Origin: Candidatus Kaiserbacteria bacterium
GTDB taxonomy: Bacteria; Patescibacteriota; Minisyncoccia; Phycocordibacterales; UBA918
NCBI GenBank assembly: GCA_019634005.1
Contig: JAHQWD010000002.1
Location: 30,969 to 94,968, forward strand
DNA length: 64,000 nucleotides
Direction of reading: 5' to 3'
Made by a program: the position numbers and the translations under genes
Shown: piece after piece, positions 1-9,478 of the stretch
How the letters are laid out: the number at the start of each line of letters is the position of its first letter
How positions within the stretch are numbered: position 1 is the stretch's first letter
Notes under the pieces: model-generated
Told to the model about the DNA's origin: nothing
Seen by the model: only the letters and a program-made list of their open reading frames with translations
Database searches by the model: none

Positions 1-573
1 AGCATTGTTCATTTTGTTCTTGCTTCGTGAGAGAAGCTTTGCGGTAACGTCCTTCACACCAGCAAGCTCTAGTACAGTACGTACTGAGCTACCAGCCACA
101 AGTCCGCGACCTGGTGCAGGCATGATCATTACCTCACTTGAAGCGTACTTTGTCTGTACGTCATGTGGGATGTGTCCATCCTTATTCATACGAACCGTGA
201 TCATGTTCTTCTTTGCATCACGGTATGCCTTCTCAATCGCGAGCTGTGTGTCCGTTGCCTTTCCAACTCCCACACCAACTTTACCGCGCTTGTCTCCGAT
301 CACCATCGCAACGCTGAAACTGAAACGGCGTCCTCCCGCCATCACACGCGTTACGCGGCGAATACCAATAAGCTGCTGTTCGAACTCTGGTCGCATACGC
401 TCCCCTCGGCGTCCACCTCCGCGACGGTTCTGTCGTCGTGGGCGACGTGGGTTTCTCTTGCGTGGTGCGTCCGTATCGTTCGCAGGCTTTGCAGTCTTGT
501 CTTCAGTAGCTGGAGCAGCCTTCTGCTCCTCTGTCGCTACTGCGCCTGTCTCCTTTTTTTCTGTATCTGTCAT
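1..573 (-). CDS. rpsE: 30S ribosomal protein S5 (runs off the window edge)
   Basis: Manual translation MTDTEKK...RRVTRVMAGGRRFSFSVAMVIGDKRGKVGVG...VLELAGVKDV; follows rplR. Confidence 0.96.
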   Translation of the reverse strand, partial: MTDTEKKETGAVATEEQKAAPATEDKTAKPANDTDAPRKRNPRRPRRQNRRGGGRRGERMRPEFEQQLIGIRRVTRVMAGGRRFSFSVAMVIGDKRGKVGVGVGKATDTQLAIEKAYRDAKKNMITVRMNKDGHIPHDVQTKYASSEVMIMPAPGRGLVAGSSVRTVLELAGVKDVTAKLLSRSKNKMNNA

Positions 574-596
574 ACGCTTTAGAGTATTTCTTATAA

Positions 597-941
597 TTAG
601 AAGGTTAGCCCTCCGTTACGAGCACCGTCTGCAAGTGCAGCGATGTTCCCCTGGTACTTGAATCCACCACGGTCAAATACGATAGTGGTGATTCCTGCTT
701 TCTTTGCACCCTCTGCGATTGCAGTTCCTACTTCCGTAGCACGCTCAGTAGGAGTTGCCCCCTTTGCCTTACGTGTGTCAGCAGACACGAGTGTCTTTCC
801 AGTTACATCATCGATAAGCTGGGCGTAGAGTGCTCTGTTTGAGCGGAACACAGCCAAACGTGGCTTTTCTGCGGTTCCTGAAACACGCGCACGGATTCGT
901 GCATGTCGGCGTGTTCGCTGCATTGTTTTACTTGTGTTCAT
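597..941 (-). CDS. rplR: 50S ribosomal protein L18
   Basis: [24 protein letters not shown]...[11 protein letters not shown]; start trimmed to the ATG at 941. Confidence 0.97.
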   Translation of the reverse strand: MNTSKTMQRTRRHARIRARVSGTAEKPRLAVFRSNRALYAQLIDDVTGKTLVSADTRKAKGATPTERATEVGTAIAEGAKKAGITTIVFDRGGFKYQGNIAALADGARNGGLTF

Positions 942-942
942 A

Positions 943-1476
943 CTACACTGCCTTCTTACCCTGCTTTCTAATAATGTATTCACCAACGTAGTGGATTCCC
1001 TTGCCCTTGTATGGCTCAGGCTCCTTCACGGCGCGGATGTTAGCGGCAAACTGCCCCACAACCTCCTTGTCCACTCCGTTTACGGTGATGGTGTTCTTTT
1101 CTACCGCTACCGTCACCCCTTCAGGTGCGGTGAGTTCCACTGGGTGAGAGAATCCAACGTTTAGCTTGATTCCATTTCCCTGTGCCTCTGCACGGTATCC
1201 TACTCCCTCAATCTCGAGCTTCTTCTCGAAACCTTCGGTAACTCCTTCGATCATGTTGCGTGCGTGTGACGCGTATGTTCCCCAAAGAGCGCGTGCGGCA
1301 ATTGTCTCCTTTACGGGTGCAAATGAAACGGTACCGTCTGCAATGGTAACCTCCACGTCCTTCTTGATAGGGCGTGTCAGTGTTCCCTTTGGTCCCTTTA
1401 CAGTGAGGATATCATCAGCAAAGGTAACCTCTACTCCAGAGGGGATCGCAATTGGTTGTTTTCCTAGTCGACTCAT
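943..1476 (-). CDS. rplF: 50S ribosomal protein L6
   Basis: MSRLGKQPI...PEPYKGKGI. Confidence 0.97.
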   Translation of the reverse strand: MSRLGKQPIAIPSGVEVTFADDILTVKGPKGTLTRPIKKDVEVTIADGTVSFAPVKETIAARALWGTYASHARNMIEGVTEGFEKKLEIEGVGYRAEAQGNGIKLNVGFSHPVELTAPEGVTVAVEKNTITVNGVDKEVVGQFAANIRAVKEPEPYKGKGIHYVGEYIIRKQGKKAV

Positions 1477-1480
1477 ACCG

Positions 1481-1861
1481 TTACCAAATAATGAATAATT
1501 CCTCACCTCCTACGTTCTGCTTACGCGCCTCCTCTCCTGTGAGGATCCCCGCAGGTGTAGAGATGATGCGTCGTCCCTGTCCAAACTTCACGGGGAAGAT
1601 GTCCGCAGACTTAACGTAGAGACGTCGTCCTGGCTTTGAAATACGACGTACGTCGCTCACCGCACCGTCCTTCAAGGTAAGTGCAAGTGTCTTCTTTGCC
1701 TTCTTTCCTTGCTTTTCTGCTCCTGCAAGATATCCCTCCTTTACGAGAACATCTGCAATAGCGTGCTTCAGCTTAGAATATGGAAGTTCTACCTCCTCCT
1801 TGCCAACCATGCTGGCGTTCTTGATACGAATGATCAAGTCTGATACTGGGTCGTTTACCAT
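1481..1861 (-). CDS. rpsH: 30S ribosomal protein S8
   Basis: [13 protein letters not shown]...ISKPGRRLY...GGE. Confidence 0.97.
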   Translation of the reverse strand: MVNDPVSDLIIRIKNASMVGKEEVELPYSKLKHAIADVLVKEGYLAGAEKQGKKAKKTLALTLKDGAVSDVRRISKPGRRLYVKSADIFPVKFGQGRRIISTPAGILTGEEARKQNVGGEELFIIW

Positions 1862-2040
1862 GATGATTTCTTTACGCCTGGTAAATGCCCCTGCTGTGCC
1901 TCTTCACGGAAGCAGATACGACAGAGATCAAAATCTCGCATGTATCCACGACCACGACCGCACTTAAAGCACCGTCGTACGACGCGGCTTTTGAACTTTG
2001 GTGTACGCTGTGAGCGTACGATGATAGATGTTCGTGCCAT
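1855..2040 (-). CDS. rpsN: 30S ribosomal protein S14, zinc-binding type Z
   Basis: RCFKCGR...LCRICFRE...PGVKKSSW, 61 aa. Confidence 0.97.
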   Translation of the reverse strand: MARTSIIVRSQRTPKFKSRVVRRCFKCGRGRGYMRDFDLCRICFREEAQQGHLPGVKKSSW

Positions 2041-2220
2041 CTGTATATAGGGCTAACTATTAAAACGTTTGAAAAGTGGTCTCACCTAGAAGATGGTGAC
2101 CGTTCTCTCCTTCCGCGACTCTGGGTAGCGTAAAAAACGCGTTCCCGACGGTTTTCCTTCTGAAAAACGGGTCAGGTGCGTCTGTTTCTACGTAAGAGTG
2201 CGTAAAACGTTATGGGGGCT

Positions 2221-2249
2221 ACTTTACACGGTTTGGGGGTGGGTGTCAA
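2221..2249 (-). promoter_or_regulatory. sigma70 promoter of the rpsN-rpsE unit
   Basis: TTGACA-17 bp-TAAAGT on the minus strand, followed by GC-rich AGCCCC. Confidence 0.75.
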
Positions 2250-2304
2250 TGAGAAAAAGGATGTGAACAAAATAATTTTGTGATAGGATAATCGTAAGAT
2301 AGTT

Positions 2305-2634
2305 ATGGAATCAATGGGAATCATCACAAGCAAAAATCTTGCTCATCAGAGAGACAAGGGCGAAGATGTGCGTTTGTCGATACACTGTAATCTGAGCGAG
2401 GATACTGCTTTCAGCATTCTTAGTAAAAAACCAACCTTTATAGAAGGGTTCGCAGGTTTGGTTGACTTCAGGGGAATTGATAGTCAATTTGAATCAACAT
2501 TACTGGAAGATGAAAGCTTAAGCGATACGTTTTTTGTAGGATGCGACTGGAAGATGGTCGGGAATTACTTTAATAAAGCATTCAAAAATTATGAGCAAGA
2601 AAAAGAAGAAGAACAAGGAACTTTCAGCAAGTAA
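2305..2634 (+). CDS. hypothetical protein, overlapping the DUF2335 gene
   Basis: 109 aa AT-rich ORF overlapping the next gene. Confidence 0.6.
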   Translation: MESMGIITSKNLAHQRDKGEDVRLSIHCNLSEDTAFSILSKKPTFIEGFAGLVDFRGIDSQFESTLLEDESLSDTFFVGCDWKMVGNYFNKAFKNYEQEKEEEQGTFSK

Positions 2635-3088
2635 GCCTGTCCAAAAAGATTCTGAACCGGAAGTTGAAGTAATTAGAGATCCAAAAGGACAAGTTGTTGG
2701 TTTCAGCGCTAGTAAAGCAGAGTTTTTCTCAGGACCCTTACCTCACCCTGATTTACTTAATAAATATAAAGAAGTAGACCCGAACGTTTTAGAGACAATA
2801 ACACGCATGGCAGAACGTGAACAAACCGAAAGATTGAAACGACAAAATAAGATAGTCTTGTTTGTTGGCGGTAAATCAATATTGGGTCTGATTTTTGCTT
2901 TTTTTGTGGTGTTGGCAGGAATTGCTGCGGGAGTCTATCTGCTTATGCATGATAAATCTGCCGAAGGTTTGTTTGTAGGAATAGCACCTTTTGCAATAGT
3001 TGTTGGTACGTTTATCTTGCAAACCTATTGGGAAAAAGACGAGAAGGAAACAGAGAAGGACAAGGCTGATCTACAAGACAATATATAA
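2591..3088 (+). CDS. DUF2335-like membrane protein
   Basis: FSGPLPHPDLLNKYKEVDP...ITRMAEREQ motif followed by two TM helices. Confidence 0.8.
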   Translation: MSKKKKKNKELSASKPVQKDSEPEVEVIRDPKGQVVGFSASKAEFFSGPLPHPDLLNKYKEVDPNVLETITRMAEREQTERLKRQNKIVLFVGGKSILGLIFAFFVVLAGIAAGVYLLMHDKSAEGLFVGIAPFAIVVGTFILQTYWEKDEKETEKDKADLQDNI

Positions 3089-3096
3089 ACTATTCC

Positions 3097-3318
3097 CTAA
3101 TGAAGACTTCTATCAACGTACTCCCTCGCTTTTTGCATACCGTGAACAAGTGCTCTGTCATCTGAAATATTACCCTCAACATTTTCTATGACAGCATGGG
3201 TTCCTTCCCATCCATTTTTAACTTTCCTCATAACTTCCCACCTAATAGCACAATGATTCTTTAAACGGTTGTGAATATTAGAAGTCAGTAGATAATTTTT
3301 ATATATTTCTTCCATCAT
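3097..3318 (-). CDS. small hypothetical protein
   Basis: 73 aa ORF with TATAAT 8 nt upstream of the ATG (leaderless-type). Confidence 0.5.
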   Translation of the reverse strand: MMEEIYKNYLLTSNIHNRLKNHCAIRWEVMRKVKNGWEGTHAVIENVEGNISDDRALVHGMQKAREYVDRSLH

Positions 3319-3356
3319 TGAGTTGTATTATAACCGACTACCATTTCAGATATGTT

Positions 3357-3794
3357 CTATTTAATATCCGATAAGGACTTAATGTCTATATCAGATTTAA
3401 ATTCATTTTTAATTCTTTTGGACAAGCCAACATCTCCAGTGAACACATAAATTGTTTCAGTGGGATCGAAAAGTTGTTCTTTCTTCAAAGCTGCAAATCT
3501 CTCAATCAAAGTATGAACGGAGGCTAAAATTGAGATATCGCCAAAGCCAGTCATGTTGAAAAAAGATCTTCCTCCGTGATTATTTAGCATTTCCTTATAC
3601 TTATTGACATAGATGGGCTCATCAAATTCATCAATGTCCGATAACCTCAGGATATTCTTGGGAAGCTTCTTACCAAAGATAGTTTGGGTCATCTCTACTT
3701 CTTCCACAACATCTGGTGCCATATAGTACTTTTTGGAAGGAGAAATTCCATTCTTAAAAATATATGTAATTCCATTTGAATCAATTAAATTCAT
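3357..3794 (-). CDS. PIN-like domain protein (DUF4411-like), putative nuclease toxin
   Basis: N-terminal LIDSN, then VVEEV, GDISIL and TGD acidic motifs; 4-bp overlap with the upstream gene. Confidence 0.65.
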   Translation of the reverse strand: MNLIDSNGITYIFKNGISPSKKYYMAPDVVEEVEMTQTIFGKKLPKNILRLSDIDEFDEPIYVNKYKEMLNNHGGRSFFNMTGFGDISILASVHTLIERFAALKKEQLFDPTETIYVFTGDVGLSKRIKNEFKSDIDIKSLSDIK

Positions 3795-4984
3795 AGACTT
3801 AGTTCACTTCTATACTTCAGAAAACCTTTTTTCTGTGGCGCTCCCCAGATTAAATGTTGCGCTTGAGTATTCGGCAATGTTCCACCTTTTATGCCCAAGT
3901 TTATTGTCTCAAAAGATTTTAGACCACAAAATTTACTTACAGAAGTTGAAACTTTAGGAGTTCTAGGATGGCCTGTGTTTTTCAATTTTATTGGTTTTGG
4001 CTTGAGACTATCAAATTCTGACGATGATATGACTCCTCTCCTTCTCAGAGTAACCAATAAAGCAGTTGGTGATACCTTGAACTTGTTTGCCAATTCATCT
4101 CGCCTACTCTCTGTGACCTTTGTCCCTCGAATTTTTTCTGTCTCTGAACGCGGTATGAGTAATTCTGAAGTTATTAAGTGAAGTCTTACCTCCTTAATAG
4201 TTGTTCCTGTAATTTTAATTGTAAAATTTGGCTCAAGTATAAATTCATATTGATCTAACCCAATAATCGTTAACAAATAAAACAAGGTGTATATCTGCCT
4301 ACTGGCAACTTCGTCCTGATTAGTTTCTGATGGCAGAAAAATGAAGGGGACATGGTCGTCTTTTATTGCAAAACCACTCGTATTTTTATAAACGCTACTT
4401 GGTACCACTCGTGTGTTCGGGAGAATCTTATGTGCAAGTGTTCCTTGCGAAACATTTATATTTTTGTTTCCCACCTTTTTTATTAGTGCTTCCAGAGTAG
4501 CTTCCTTCCCCCTATCCCGCCACATCCAGTCTCTATCAATGTCAAAATGGTCTAAGATTTTATCTGCAGCAGATTTTATACTTTCATACTTCAAAGACCC
4601 GCAAAAACTATTTGATGGAAAGATTCCTGTACTTACAAGATAATTTTGCTGACGAATCAACCGATCCACAATGCGTTTCGGAGTGATCTTTCCTTGTCCT
4701 TTCCTCTTGGCAACAATTTTCTTTGAGACCTTATGCTGCCTTTGAGTCTCAATATGATTAATTGTCTGGTTTAGGTTTGTCGTGCTAAGAAAGAACATCT
4801 GCCAAGGAATGAGTATTTTTTCGCTTTCTTCTTTCAGATTTTTGAATGTAATAGAACCAGCAGAAAATGCCTGCTGAAATATTTTTCTGTTTATAAGTTT
4901 TTCTTCGGGATAAAGGTTGAGAATTCTTTTAATAACAGAGTCATCTATCTCTACCGAATTCTGCCCATTTACTGACACCCACAT
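3791..4984 (-). CDS. ImmA/IrrE-family (COG2856-like) protein with degenerate HExxH
   Basis: SGFAIKDDHVPFIFL...RQIYTLFYLL...SELLIP...LANKFKVSPTA; start at the ATG at 4984. Confidence 0.7.
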   Translation of the reverse strand: MWVSVNGQNSVEIDDSVIKRILNLYPEEKLINRKIFQQAFSAGSITFKNLKEESEKILIPWQMFFLSTTNLNQTINHIETQRQHKVSKKIVAKRKGQGKITPKRIVDRLIRQQNYLVSTGIFPSNSFCGSLKYESIKSAADKILDHFDIDRDWMWRDRGKEATLEALIKKVGNKNINVSQGTLAHKILPNTRVVPSSVYKNTSGFAIKDDHVPFIFLPSETNQDEVASRQIYTLFYLLTIIGLDQYEFILEPNFTIKITGTTIKEVRLHLITSELLIPRSETEKIRGTKVTESRRDELANKFKVSPTALLVTLRRRGVISSSEFDSLKPKPIKLKNTGHPRTPKVSTSVSKFCGLKSFETINLGIKGGTLPNTQAQHLIWGAPQKKGFLKYRSELSL

Positions 4985-5133
4985 ACTTAATAGGATATTT
5001 TTGAGTTCTTTCGGACATAGTGCGCAACATATAGAGAAAGTAGCACACAAAACATCCTTTTTCTAGGAGAGAATTGACAATACACTTATATATGGTATCA
5101 TTCAACTTAGCATTTCCAATAGGGAGAAGACCG

Positions 5134-5481
5134 ATGGAAAATCAAAGTGCTGTTCTCTACCAAGATAAACCCTGGCTGAAGATTCTGGCATTCATTGTCA
5201 TCTGGATGATTCTTGCTGGCGAGGTTTGGGCGTATCTGGAACTTTTGCGCACCGTCAATGACCACAAGCGGAGCGCCTTCGGCGCACATGTTCCCATCCC
5301 CGACGGCGTTGGGATCATGTATATGACCATGCTGTTCTCAGTAGGGCCCGTTGGCCCCTTTCTGATACAGCTCGTCGGAAGCATGTTCGGCCAAATCATC
5401 ATCGCCGCTGTTCTTCTGCTCGGAGCAGGGGGCAATTGGCTGCTCTACAGTATCCTCGAGAATTTCGGATACTTCACCTAA
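5134..5481 (+). CDS. hypothetical membrane protein
   Basis: RBS AGGGAGAAGACC, TTGACA promoter upstream, three hydrophobic segments, hairpin downstream. Confidence 0.7.
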   Translation: MENQSAVLYQDKPWLKILAFIVIWMILAGEVWAYLELLRTVNDHKRSAFGAHVPIPDGVGIMYMTMLFSVGPVGPFLIQLVGSMFGQIIIAAVLLLGAGGNWLLYSILENFGYFT

Positions 5482-5550
5482 GGGATCCCGAGAACGACCC
5501 GACCAACCGCCGAACACACCCGTTCGGCGGTTTAACTTTACTCTTCCACC

Positions 5551-5577
5551 AAAAAACCACCCTCCCGGGTGGTTTTT
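5551..5577 (-). terminator. intrinsic terminator after rplE
   Basis: AAAAAACCACCC-TCCC-GGGTGGTTTTT hairpin with U-tracts. Confidence 0.75.
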
Positions 5578-5580
5578 CAT

Positions 5581-6117
5581 CTACTCAGCCTCAACCTTCT
5601 GAAGCGGAAGTCCGACATGCCGAAGCAATGCCTCTGCCTCTTCTTTGGTTTTCGCAGTAGTCACGAGTGTGATAGCAAATCCAAACACATCTCGAATCTC
5701 TTCATCTGAAGTCTCAGGGAAGATCGTGTGCTCCTTGATTCCCAAGGTGTAGTTCCCCATCTCATCGATGGCGGTCACCTTAAGACCACGGAAGTCACGG
5801 GTGTTTGGAAGCGCAACGTGAATCAACTTATCGAGGAAGTCATTCATACGCTCCCCACGAAGGGTTACCTGATATCCAATGATATCTCCCTCACGAAGCT
5901 TAAATGTCGCAATAGACTGCTTCGCAGGACGTGGAGATGGCTTCTGTCCGGTAATCTTCGCAAGACGATCTTGCATAAGCTCGATCTTCTTCTTGTCGTC
6001 GATCTTTCCCGTACCAGTTGATACCACCACCTTCGTGATGCGAGGTGCCTGCATCACATTCTTGTAAGAGAATGTGCCTTTCAGTGCCTCAAATACAGAT
6101 TGTAGTTTTTCTTTCAT
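5581..6117 (-). CDS. rplE: 50S ribosomal protein L5
   Basis: ITGQKP...FKLREG...VTLRGERM...GNYTLGIKEHTIFPE. Confidence 0.97.
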   Translation of the reverse strand: MKEKLQSVFEALKGTFSYKNVMQAPRITKVVVSTGTGKIDDKKKIELMQDRLAKITGQKPSPRPAKQSIATFKLREGDIIGYQVTLRGERMNDFLDKLIHVALPNTRDFRGLKVTAIDEMGNYTLGIKEHTIFPETSDEEIRDVFGFAITLVTTAKTKEEAEALLRHVGLPLQKVEAE

Positions 6118-6125
6118 AATACGTT

Positions 6126-6425
6126 CTATATCTTAGTACCCTTTGGACGAGTAACACGAACTTTCTTGCCGTCCACCACATCGTATCCCACACGTGCTGG
6201 CTTCTTACCATCAAGGATCGCAACGTTAGAGACGTGGATTGGCATAGGCTTCTCCACAATCTGTCCCGTAGATCCACGACGACGTGCCTTCTGGTGGCGA
6301 ACCGCAACGTTCACCCCATCAACGATGACCTTATCCGCAGAAGAGATAACCTCAAGGACTTCTCCGTCCTTTCCTTTATCCTTTCCGGAAATCACCATTA
6401 CTTTGTCTCCTTTGTGTATTTTCAT
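6126..6425 (-). CDS. rplX: 50S ribosomal protein L24
   Basis: MKIHKGDKVMVISGKDKGK...PIHVSNV. Confidence 0.97.
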   Translation of the reverse strand: MKIHKGDKVMVISGKDKGKDGEVLEVISSADKVIVDGVNVAVRHQKARRRGSTGQIVEKPMPIHVSNVAILDGKKPARVGYDVVDGKKVRVTRPKGTKI

Positions 6426-6435
6426 AGGCAATTCG

Positions 6436-6807
6436 TTACACAACCTCAGGTGCGAGGGATACAATTTTCTGATAACCCGCTTCAGCAATCTCACGTGGGA
6501 TTGGACCGAACACACGGTTTGCGCGTGGTTCTGGCTTCTCCTTGTCCACGAGGACTACTGCATTCTCATCAAATGAGATGTATGAACCATCCTTGCGGCG
6601 GAATGGCTTTCGCTGACGTACGACAACGCCATACACAACGTCCTTCTTCTTTACGAGCTTACGTGGCTCAGCAGTCTGTACAGAGAGTACAACCTTCTCA
6701 CCGAGCTCTGCGTAGCGCTTCTTCGATCCTCCGAGAACCTTGAACACGCGTCCAATCTTTCCTCCGGAGTTATCTGCAATCTTTACGATAGTCTGTGGTT
6801 GAATCAT
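6436..6807 (-). CDS. rplN: 50S ribosomal protein L14
   Basis: MIQPQT...ADNSG...RVFGPI...SLAPEV. Confidence 0.98.
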   Translation of the reverse strand: MIQPQTIVKIADNSGGKIGRVFKVLGGSKKRYAELGEKVVLSVQTAEPRKLVKKKDVVYGVVVRQRKPFRRKDGSYISFDENAVVLVDKEKPEPRANRVFGPIPREIAEAGYQKIVSLAPEVV

Positions 6808-6818
6808 AAGTCAATTTA

Positions 6819-7076
6819 TTACTTAACCAAGGTAAAGCGCTTACGCTTTGAAATTGGACGTGTTTCTGTAATCTCGACCTTGTCTCCCATCTGTGCAGTG
6901 TTCCCTGCATCATGCACAAGATACTTCTTGCGACGACGCATGAACTTTTTGTACTTTGGATGCTTCACGTACCGCTCCACAAGAACGGTGATCGTGTCCT
7001 GCATCTTTGTAGACACAACGGTACCACGTAGGGTACGTCCGCCGGTCTTTGTTTTTGTTTCGTTTTCCATAGACAT
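6819..7076 (-). CDS. rpsQ: 30S ribosomal protein S17
   Basis: GTVVSTKMQDT...HPKYKK...ETRPISKRK. Confidence 0.97.
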   Translation of the reverse strand: MSMENETKTKTGGRTLRGTVVSTKMQDTITVLVERYVKHPKYKKFMRRRKKYLVHDAGNTAQMGDKVEITETRPISKRKRFTLVK

Positions 7077-7080
7077 TTCT

Positions 7081-7266
7081 CTACACGTTCTTACGCGCGT
7101 TTAATTCAGTGAGAGCCTGCGCAATCTCCTTTTTCGCAGATCGCATAGCCTTCACATCTCGCATGCCACTTCCTGCAGATGCAAAGCGAAGTTCACGAAG
7201 CGCCTCTCGCTTCTCCTTCACCACCTTCTGTAGGTCTGCATCACTTTTGTTCTGAATATCTTTCAT
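7081..7266 (-). CDS. rpmC: 50S ribosomal protein L29
   Basis: LRELRF...KKEIAQALT; between rplP and rpsQ. Confidence 0.92.
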   Translation of the reverse strand: MKDIQNKSDADLQKVVKEKREALRELRFASAGSGMRDVKAMRSAKKEIAQALTELNARKNV

Positions 7267-7271
7267 AGGCA

Positions 7272-7706
7272 TTATGCAGTTGTCTCTTCACGAGTGACAA
7301 AACGTGCTTTTATAGGGAGTTTCGCGGTCGCCTTGCGGAATGCCTCGCGCGCAACGTCCTCAGAAACACCGTCAATTTCGAATAATACTCGACCAGGGCG
7401 TACCTCGAATACGAAGTGATCAGGATCTCCCTTACCCTTACCCATACCTACCTCAGCAGGCTTCTTGGTAATTGGCTTGTCAGGGAAAATACGAATCCAG
7501 ATCTTACCTGTCTTTCCGAGTGTACGAGAGATCACACGACGTGCCGCCTCAATCTGATTTGAACGTACACGTGACTGTGAAGTCGCCTTCAAACCGTACG
7601 CACCAAACGATACGGTGATACCACGAGTATCAGGGCGCTGCAGCTTCTCTGGGTGCTTACGCCCAACCTGCCATTTACGATGCTTTACTTTCTTTGGAAA
7701 CAACAT
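7272..7706 (-). CDS. rplP: 50S ribosomal protein L16
   Basis: [25 protein letters not shown]. Confidence 0.98.
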   Translation of the reverse strand: MLFPKKVKHRKWQVGRKHPEKLQRPDTRGITVSFGAYGLKATSQSRVRSNQIEAARRVISRTLGKTGKIWIRIFPDKPITKKPAEVGMGKGKGDPDHFVFEVRPGRVLFEIDGVSEDVAREAFRKATAKLPIKARFVTREETTA

Positions 7707-7711
7707 AAGCC

Positions 7712-8425
7712 TTATCCGCGGTTATTCTCTCGACCTCCTCGGCGTGGTGCAGACGCACCATCTTTGCGATCTCCGAAGATATCTCCCTTATAAATCCAGA
7801 CCTTGATTCCGATTACACCGTACGGAAGAATTGCTCGCTCGGAAGCGAAATCAATGTCAGCACGAAGAGTCTGTAGTGGAATACGTCCCTTCTTTGCCTC
7901 CTCCTTACGTGCCATCTCAGCGCCACCAAGACGACCAGATACGATAATTCGTACTCCAAGTACGTCACGGTTCGCCATTACCTTCTCTACCGTCTGCTTC
8001 AGCACACGACGGAATGGCATACGCTTCTCAAGTCCTTCTACCACCATCTGTCCTACCACAGATGCACTTGATTCTGGAGAGCGGAGCTCTTCGATATCAA
8101 GTTTCACCTCAGGCTTTACAGAAAGCTTCAGTGTACGAAGCAGCATATCTACCTTCTTACGAAGTTTCTGTGCTCCCTCTCCACTACGTCCGATCACGAG
8201 ACCTGGACGTGAAGTAGTGATGATGATGCGATAGATGTTCTCATCTCGCTCGATCTCAACGCTCGCAACGTACATACCCTTGAGCTCTTTGCTCAATAGC
8301 TTACGTACAGACGCGTCGGTACGAACATACTCACGAAAACGCTTTGGGTCATTCGTAATCCAGCGAGACTGCCAGTCACGAATGATTCCAAGACGCTGTG
8401 CATATGGATGTGCTACGTGTGTCAT
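7712..8425 (-). CDS. rpsC: 30S ribosomal protein S3
   Basis: RPGLVIGRSG...GRIPLQTLRADID...GVIGIKVWI. Confidence 0.97.
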   Translation of the reverse strand: MTHVAHPYAQRLGIIRDWQSRWITNDPKRFREYVRTDASVRKLLSKELKGMYVASVEIERDENIYRIIITTSRPGLVIGRSGEGAQKLRKKVDMLLRTLKLSVKPEVKLDIEELRSPESSASVVGQMVVEGLEKRMPFRRVLKQTVEKVMANRDVLGVRIIVSGRLGGAEMARKEEAKKGRIPLQTLRADIDFASERAILPYGVIGIKVWIYKGDIFGDRKDGASAPRRGGRENNRG

Positions 8426-8435
8426 AGTGAATACT

Positions 8436-8753
8436 TTATCCGAGCTCCACGGTGATGTGGCTACTGCGGCGGTTAATAGGTGATGCAGATCCACGAGCGC
8501 GCGGCATATACTTTCGCATAACCGTACCCTTGTCGACTGCTACCTTAGTGATTTTTAGTGATTCGACCTCCTTCCCTGCCTGCTTTGCATTTGCTGCAGC
8601 AGAACGGATAACCTTTGCAAACGGCTCTGCAGCACGCTTCTCCACAAACTGAAGCGTATGAAGTGCCTCGTTCACCTTCTTCCCGCGTACAAGGTCTGCC
8701 AAGAGGCGTACCTTACGTGGAGACTGGCGATAATTTTTGAGTACTGCTTTCAT
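8436..8753 (-). CDS. rplV: 50S ribosomal protein L22
   Basis: SPRKVRLLADLVRG...PRARG...SHITV. Confidence 0.97.
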   Translation of the reverse strand: MKAVLKNYRQSPRKVRLLADLVRGKKVNEALHTLQFVEKRAAEPFAKVIRSAAANAKQAGKEVESLKITKVAVDKGTVMRKYMPRARGSASPINRRSSHITVELG

Positions 8754-8764
8754 AAACAATCAGA

Positions 8765-9091
8765 TTATGCGGCCTTAGCTGCCTTAGCTGCTGCGATTTC
8801 CGCTTCCTTCTTCTTCTGCTCAAGCTCCTTCTGCATCTTACCTCCGTGACGGATGAACTTCTTCGTTGGAGAGAACTCTCCAAGACGATGTCCTACCATC
8901 TCTTCAGATACGAAGACCTCGACGTGATCCTTTCCGTTGTGTACCCCAAAGGTAAAGCCAACCATCTCTGGTGAGATCATAGAATCTCGTGCCCAGGTCT
9001 TGATAGTTCCTGCTTCCTTAGGATTCTTTCCAGAAACTTTCTTCAAAAGCTTCTCGTCAACGTATGGACCTTTGTATAGTGATCGTGACAT
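8765..9091 (-). CDS. rpsS: 30S ribosomal protein S19
   Basis: [12 protein letters not shown]...[12 protein letters not shown]. Confidence 0.97.
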   Translation of the reverse strand: MSRSLYKGPYVDEKLLKKVSGKNPKEAGTIKTWARDSMISPEMVGFTFGVHNGKDHVEVFVSEEMVGHRLGEFSPTKKFIRHGGKMQKELEQKKKEAEIAAAKAAKAA

Positions 9092-9237
9092 AACGAAAAA
9101 ACGCGCAAAAGCGCCCACTTGAGAGTCTCTTATAAAGGTATGTAACGGTCACCCTTAGTAGAGACCCCCAAAACTTATAATTGGTGCCATTTCCTTCCTG
9201 CCAGGGCCGAAAATGACTGAGGTTTTGGAACGGGGCT

Positions 9238-9266
9238 ATAGTATCCGAAATACGTGGTGGTGTCAA
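9238..9266 (-). promoter_or_regulatory. sigma70 promoter of the rpsS-rplE unit
   Basis: TTGACA-17 bp-TACTAT followed by AGCCCC. Confidence 0.75.
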
Positions 9267-9331
9267 TATAAAAAGAAAACGCCGAGCCCGAGGGCATGGC
9301 GTTTTGGTTGTTTTGGTTGCTGCCGCTACGT

Positions 9332-9478
9332 CTAGTAGCTTGCGACCACCATAGCGGGAACTGCGATGCAGGCAACCACGGCGGCTGTTAGAAGCAGCCC
9401 TGCCAGCAGACACTTTGTCCAAAATAGGGGACGGTCTGCTGCTTTTGCAGCGGCGACGTTTTTAGCAAGATCAGACAT
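9332..9478 (-). CDS. 48-aa single-TM small protein (not in the ORF track)
   Basis: MSDLAKNVAAAKAADRPLFWTKCLLAGLLLTAAVVACIAVPAMVVASY; RBS AAGGAGA; promoter TTGACA-17-TATACT at 9546-9574; terminator at about 9276-9305. Confidence 0.65.
   Translation of the reverse strand: MSDLAKNVAAAKAADRPLFWTKCLLAGLLLTAAVVACIAVPAMVVASY

Noticed and set aside
5-661. Plus-strand ORFs over the ribosomal cluster, and similar antisense ORFs such as 37830-38768 and 43737-44681
   Set aside because: Shadows of well-conserved genes on the opposite strand
2305-5481. Prophage or transposon
   Set aside because: No integrase, transposase, structural genes or flanking direct repeats seen
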